Source: an uncultured Solirubrobacterales bacterium (GTDB lineage Bacteria > Actinomycetota > Thermoleophilia > Solirubrobacterales > 70-9). Taken from it: a DNA stretch of 24,000 nucleotides. The stretch spans positions 1 to 24,000 of the forward strand of contig CAWJJG010000010.1 in NCBI GenBank assembly GCA_963843085.1, read 5' to 3'. Made by a program: the position numbers and the translations under genes. The notes under the pieces were generated by a model. It searched no databases, was not told where the DNA came from, and saw only the letters and a list, made by a program, of their open reading frames with translations. The first letter of the stretch is position 1, and each line of letters opens with the position of its first letter. This document shows, in pieces, positions 20,789 to 24,000 of the stretch.

Positions 20789-21307
20789 ATGCGTCGCCAG
20801 GGGCCCGGTCCGGAATCCTGGCTCGCCGGAGAGCTGGGTCGCACCGATCCGGGAAGCCAGGCCTGGAGCCTGATGCATTGGCTGATGGTGACCAACAAGC
20901 ACCGGCTGTTCGCGATGGCCCAGGAGTTCGAGCTAGCGCCTCAGCAGATGATCGCCCTGAGGATGCTCGCGTCGGGGCCGCGCAAGATGAGCGAGCTGGC
21001 CCAGGCCCTCTTCTGCGACAACTCGAACGTCACGGGCATCGTCGACCGCCTCGAGGAGCGTGGCCTGGTGCGCAGGGAGGCCGCCACGGGGGACCGCCGC
21101 GTGAAGCTCCTCGTTCTGACCAAGGAGGGCGAGCGGATACGGGTCGAGATCACCAGGCGAATGGCTGAGCCGCCTCCGCCGATCGCCTCGCTCTCGGAGA
21201 AGGACCAGCGCCAGCTCCGCGACATCCTCCAGCGCGCGGTCGAGAGCGTCACGGACGCCGAGGCCGCCGACGCCCTGGCCGGCAAGACGTCCACCGTAAC
21301 GACCTGA
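20789..21307 (+). CDS. MarR family transcriptional regulator (alternative upstream start ATG 20765)
   Basis: Winged HTH: LAPQQMIALRMLASGPRKMSELAQALFCDNSNVTGIVDRLEERGLVRREAATGDRRVKLLVLTKEG. AAGGGGAAGGA lies 7 nt before ATG 20789. Confidence 0.9.
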   Translation: MRRQGPGPESWLAGELGRTDPGSQAWSLMHWLMVTNKHRLFAMAQEFELAPQQMIALRMLASGPRKMSELAQALFCDNSNVTGIVDRLEERGLVRREAATGDRRVKLLVLTKEGERIRVEITRRMAEPPPPIASLSEKDQRQLRDILQRAVESVTDAEAADALAGKTSTVTT

Positions 21308-21314
21308 ATCCGGG

Positions 21315-22406
21315 CTAGGTGACCTCTGGCGCCGGGGTGGGCCCGCCGGCTTCCTCTTCCGCCGCCGTGACCTCGCGCCGGTACTCGCGGTACTCGTGCA
21401 GCCCGATCTGGATGGACGCCGCGGCGGGAATCGCGAGGATCGCGCCGAGGATGCCGAACAGCGTGCTGCCGAACAGGACGGCGACCAGGACGACGAACGC
21501 CTCGATCTTCGTGGCCCGCTTCTGGATCTGCGGCTGGATCAGGTAGTTCTCGACCTGCTGGTAGACGACCGCGAAGATCACCCAGATGATCAGCGCGATC
21601 GGGAAGTTGACGAACGCGGTGACGATCGCGACCAGGATCGCGCCCAGGGTCGCCCCTACGACGGGGATCAGGTCGGCGACGAAGATGACCACGGCGAGCG
21701 GGCCCGCGAACGGGACCCCGAGGATGGTCAGCACGATGAACGCGGAAAGCCCCGCGATCGTCGCCTGCAGCAGCGCGCCGCCGACGTAGTTGCCGACCGC
21801 GTTGGCTATCCGCCGGAGCGTCCGCTCGATTCGCTCGGCGTGTTCCGGTCTCTGCATTCGTACGAAGTTCTCGATCCATCTCGGCCCGGCGGCCACCATG
21901 AAGATGCTCAGCACCAGGATCGACAGCCCGGCGAAGATCGAGCTGACCAGGCCGAAGCCGATGTCGCGCAGGACGCCGGCGGCGTCCCCGGCCTTGCTCG
22001 GGAGCTTGTTCGCCTCGTCCGAGAGCTTCTGTGTGATGTCGAACTTGTTGTTGAGGTCGTTGAGTGTCTTGTTCTTGTGGACGTAGTTCTCGACGTCGGT
22101 CACGTAGTGGGGGGCGTTGGTGGCCACGTCGGAGGCCTGGTTCACGATCGGAGGTACCAGGACGGCGCCGAGCCCGATGGGGATCAGCAGCAGCCCGAAG
22201 TAGACGAGCGCGATCGCGAGCCCCCGCTTCATATAGCGCTGGAAGAAGTTGACCGGTCCGGCCACGGCGACGGCCAGAAAGGCGGCGATGATCAGCCAGC
22301 TGATGGGCTGGCGCAGCAGGTAGATGACGTAGAGGACGAGGAAGACCCCCACGACGACGAGCACGTTGCGCGCGATCGCGCGCGCCGGTGAGTCGATATT
22401 GGGCAT
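21315..22406 (-). CDS. AI-2E family transporter (PerM/UPF0118)
   Basis: 363 aa with about 8 TM segments. The motif region FVADLIPVVGATLGAILVAIV ... QQVENYLIQPQI is typical of the family. Confidence 0.88.
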   Translation of the reverse strand: MPNIDSPARAIARNVLVVVGVFLVLYVIYLLRQPISWLIIAAFLAVAVAGPVNFFQRYMKRGLAIALVYFGLLLIPIGLGAVLVPPIVNQASDVATNAPHYVTDVENYVHKNKTLNDLNNKFDITQKLSDEANKLPSKAGDAAGVLRDIGFGLVSSIFAGLSILVLSIFMVAAGPRWIENFVRMQRPEHAERIERTLRRIANAVGNYVGGALLQATIAGLSAFIVLTILGVPFAGPLAVVIFVADLIPVVGATLGAILVAIVTAFVNFPIALIIWVIFAVVYQQVENYLIQPQIQKRATKIEAFVVLVAVLFGSTLFGILGAILAIPAAASIQIGLHEYREYRREVTAAEEEAGGPTPAPEVT

Positions 22407-22494
22407 GCCGACCCTCTCTATTCGGGGCCGGGGCGAGCCTTCCTACGCACGAAATCATCCGAACAGCGGCTGGGGAAAAGCGGCCCGTTGGCGA

Positions 22495-22695
22495 TCAGGG
22501 TGGGGTCACGCCCGCTTCGTCGAAGACGGGCTTCACCCCTGCAGCGTCCGTCCTGTGCAAGAAGCCGCGACTGGTCACTCCACCACCCCTGAAGCTGTAG
22601 TCGAGGGCTTCCTTCGGCGCGACTGCGTCCGGCTGGATGCTCACATCGCCGCTGCCGCCGTAGCTCCCGATCAGCAGCGCGAGGAGCGCAACCAC
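22495..22695 (-). CDS. small hypothetical protein with a hydrophobic N-terminus; possibly frameshifted at its 5' end
   Basis: High GC3. GTG start giving VVALLALLIGSYGGSG. An out-of-frame ATG at 22718 encodes MFGRRLIP, which would form a classical signal-peptide n-region if one base were added in the C-run at 22696-22698. Confidence 0.4.
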   Translation of the reverse strand: MVALLALLIGSYGGSGDVSIQPDAVAPKEALDYSFRGGGVTSRGFLHRTDAAGVKPVFDEAGVTPP

Positions 22696-22742
22696 GGGAT
22701 CAGCCGCCGACCGAACATGGCCAAACCCTAGTATCGGCCCGG

Positions 22743-23231
22743 ATGGCGGAGGAACCCGTAGCCGAAGGTCCGCGCGCGCTCGCCGAGGGGGTCGAGGTGA
22801 GGGCCGCCCGCGAGGATGAGATCGACGATCTCATGCCGCTGATGCGGGCCTATTGCGAGTTCTACGAGTCCTCGCCTCCGGAGGAGGGCGTCGTCGAGAT
22901 GCTTCGGACCCTGATCACCGATCCATCCCAGGGCGCCGTCTTCATCGCCCGCAAGGAGGGGAGTGCGGTCGGCGTTGCGACGCTCGACTGGAAGTGGTCG
23001 AGCCTGAAGGGCGCCCGGCTCGGCTATCTCGAGGACCTCTATGTGGATCCCGATACCCGAGGAAGCGGGATCGCGGACGCCCTGATCGAGATCTGCGCCG
23101 ACCGCTGCCGGGAGCTCGGGATGCCGGCGCTGGAATGGCTCACCGCGCCCGACAATCACCGGGCCCAGAACGTCTACAACCGCACCGGCGCCGAGTCGGA
23201 CGCCTACGTCGAGTACGACCTCGAGCTGTGA
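22743..23231 (+). CDS. GNAT family N-acetyltransferase
   Basis: 162 aa. The acetyl-CoA binding region YLEDLYVDPDTRGSGIADALI (Q/R-x-x-G-x-G/A type) and NHRAQNVYNRTG are typical of GNATs. Confidence 0.9.
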   Translation: MAEEPVAEGPRALAEGVEVRAAREDEIDDLMPLMRAYCEFYESSPPEEGVVEMLRTLITDPSQGAVFIARKEGSAVGVATLDWKWSSLKGARLGYLEDLYVDPDTRGSGIADALIEICADRCRELGMPALEWLTAPDNHRAQNVYNRTGAESDAYVEYDLEL

Positions 23232-24000
23232 GCCCGCGGCGCCGCGCGCCTCGGCGCTCCGGCCGGTTGAATTTCGTCCGAGCGGGGGAGGGGCCGCCGC
23301 TGCTGTTGCTCCACTCGCTCGGTGGGTCGCTGGTGCAGTGGTCGCCGGTGATGGACACGCTGGCGGCCGAGCGCCAGGTCGTTGCCGTCGATCTGCCGGG
23401 CTTCGGCGAGTCGCCGGAGCTGCCGCAGGGGGTCGAGCCGCGCGCGGCCAACCTCGCGACCGCCGCGCTCGACTTCCTCGACTCGCTGGGGATCGACGGC
23501 AAGCCCGCCGTGGCCGGGATCTCGCTGGGCGGCTGGACCGCGATCGAGTGCGCTCGCCAGGGCGGCGCGAGCGCCGTCGTTGCCCTCTGCCCGGCCGGAT
23601 TCTGGAAGCGATCGCCGGCGTCCTCGAACCAGACCGTCGCGCGAGCGCGTCGCGGCGGCCGGGCGGCGAGCGCGCTGCTGCGGCCGATCATGGCCACGGC
23701 CAGGGGGCGCCGCCAGGCCCTCGGCCGCTTCATCTACCACCCCGAGCGCCTCAGCCCCGGCGAGGCCGAGGCGATCGCCAAGGCTTACGTGACGGCGCCG
23801 GCATACGAGGAGGCGAGCGCCCTGATGCGGGCCGGCCGCGTGGAGGAGCTGAAGGGGATCAAGACCCCGATCACCCTCGCGTGGGCCGAGCACGACACGC
23901 TCGTCCGCAATCGGCCCCTCCCGGACAAGGTGCTGCCGAAGCGGGTCCAGCAGGTGGAGTTGCCGGGCTGCGGGCACGTCCCGACCTGGGACGACCCGCA
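23228..24000 (+). CDS. alpha/beta hydrolase (3' end beyond the window)
   Basis: My own translation; it is absent from the track because no stop is reached. The GTG at 23228 overlaps the GNAT stop (GTGA). PPLLLLHSLGGS ... VAVDLPGFGES ... intact nucleophile elbow AGISLGGW ... AEHD ... PGCGHVPTWDDP. Confidence 0.85.
   Translation, partial: MSPRRRAPRRSGRLNFVRAGEGPPLLLLHSLGGSLVQWSPVMDTLAAERQVVAVDLPGFGESPELPQGVEPRAANLATAALDFLDSLGIDGKPAVAGISLGGWTAIECARQGGASAVVALCPAGFWKRSPASSNQTVARARRGGRAASALLRPIMATARGRRQALGRFIYHPERLSPGEAEAIAKAYVTAPAYEEASALMRAGRVEELKGIKTPITLAWAEHDTLVRNRPLPDKVLPKRVQQVELPGCGHVPTWDDP

Noticed and set aside
19741-22458. 321-aa (+), 505-aa (-) and 331-aa (+) ORFs overlapping the ABC ATPase, MarR and AI-2E genes
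   Set aside because: They are off-frame or antisense to genes with Walker motifs, a wHTH or TM helices, and give Arg/Asp/Gly-rich nonsense translations.
23140-23977. 197-aa and 257-aa minus-strand ORFs at the right edge
   Set aside because: The plus-strand frame starting at 23228 translates into a complete alpha/beta-hydrolase motif series. The minus-strand ORFs are shadows.

Overview
Very GC-rich, strongly GC3-biased, densely coding segment that looks like an actinobacterial chromosome. Two F420-type enzymes, several leaderless-looking starts and many 1-4 nt start/stop overlaps fit that. I support about 35 protein genes. I found no rRNA, tRNA, CRISPR array, transposase or integrase. Most content is accessory redox/stress and transport genes: a 1-Cys peroxiredoxin with a divergent TetR; a vapBC toxin-antitoxin pair; a SAM methyltransferase; a tandem HD-GYP/LuxR regulator divergent from a second TetR; an AIM24-family protein; an M32 carboxypeptidase; a deazaflavin-dependent reductase; a catalase-related peroxidase; a DCC thiol oxidoreductase; a DrrABC-like ABC-2 exporter with a divergent MarR; an AI-2E transporter; and a GNAT coupled to an alpha/beta hydrolase. 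Four places deserve a second look. (1) The left edge holds a tiny hydrophobic peptide translationally coupled to a divergent receiver-fold (cREC-like) protein, then a 314-bp structured untranslated gap with a near-consensus promoter, then an orphan Cys/His-cluster protein. (2) A tightly coupled minus-strand cluster (13601 to 9548) encodes an alpha/beta-hydrolase-fold protein lacking its nucleophile Ser, a membrane protein, an F420-type LLM oxidoreductase, two paralogous membrane proteins and a two-domain cupredoxin-like lipoprotein. (3) A 28-bp array of four alternating CTACGG/CCGTAG hexamers lies between the HD-GYP/LuxR gene and the TetR gene. (4) A 59-aa His-rich membrane sORF is missing from the ORF track. 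All functional calls come from motif reading by eye. No database search was run.
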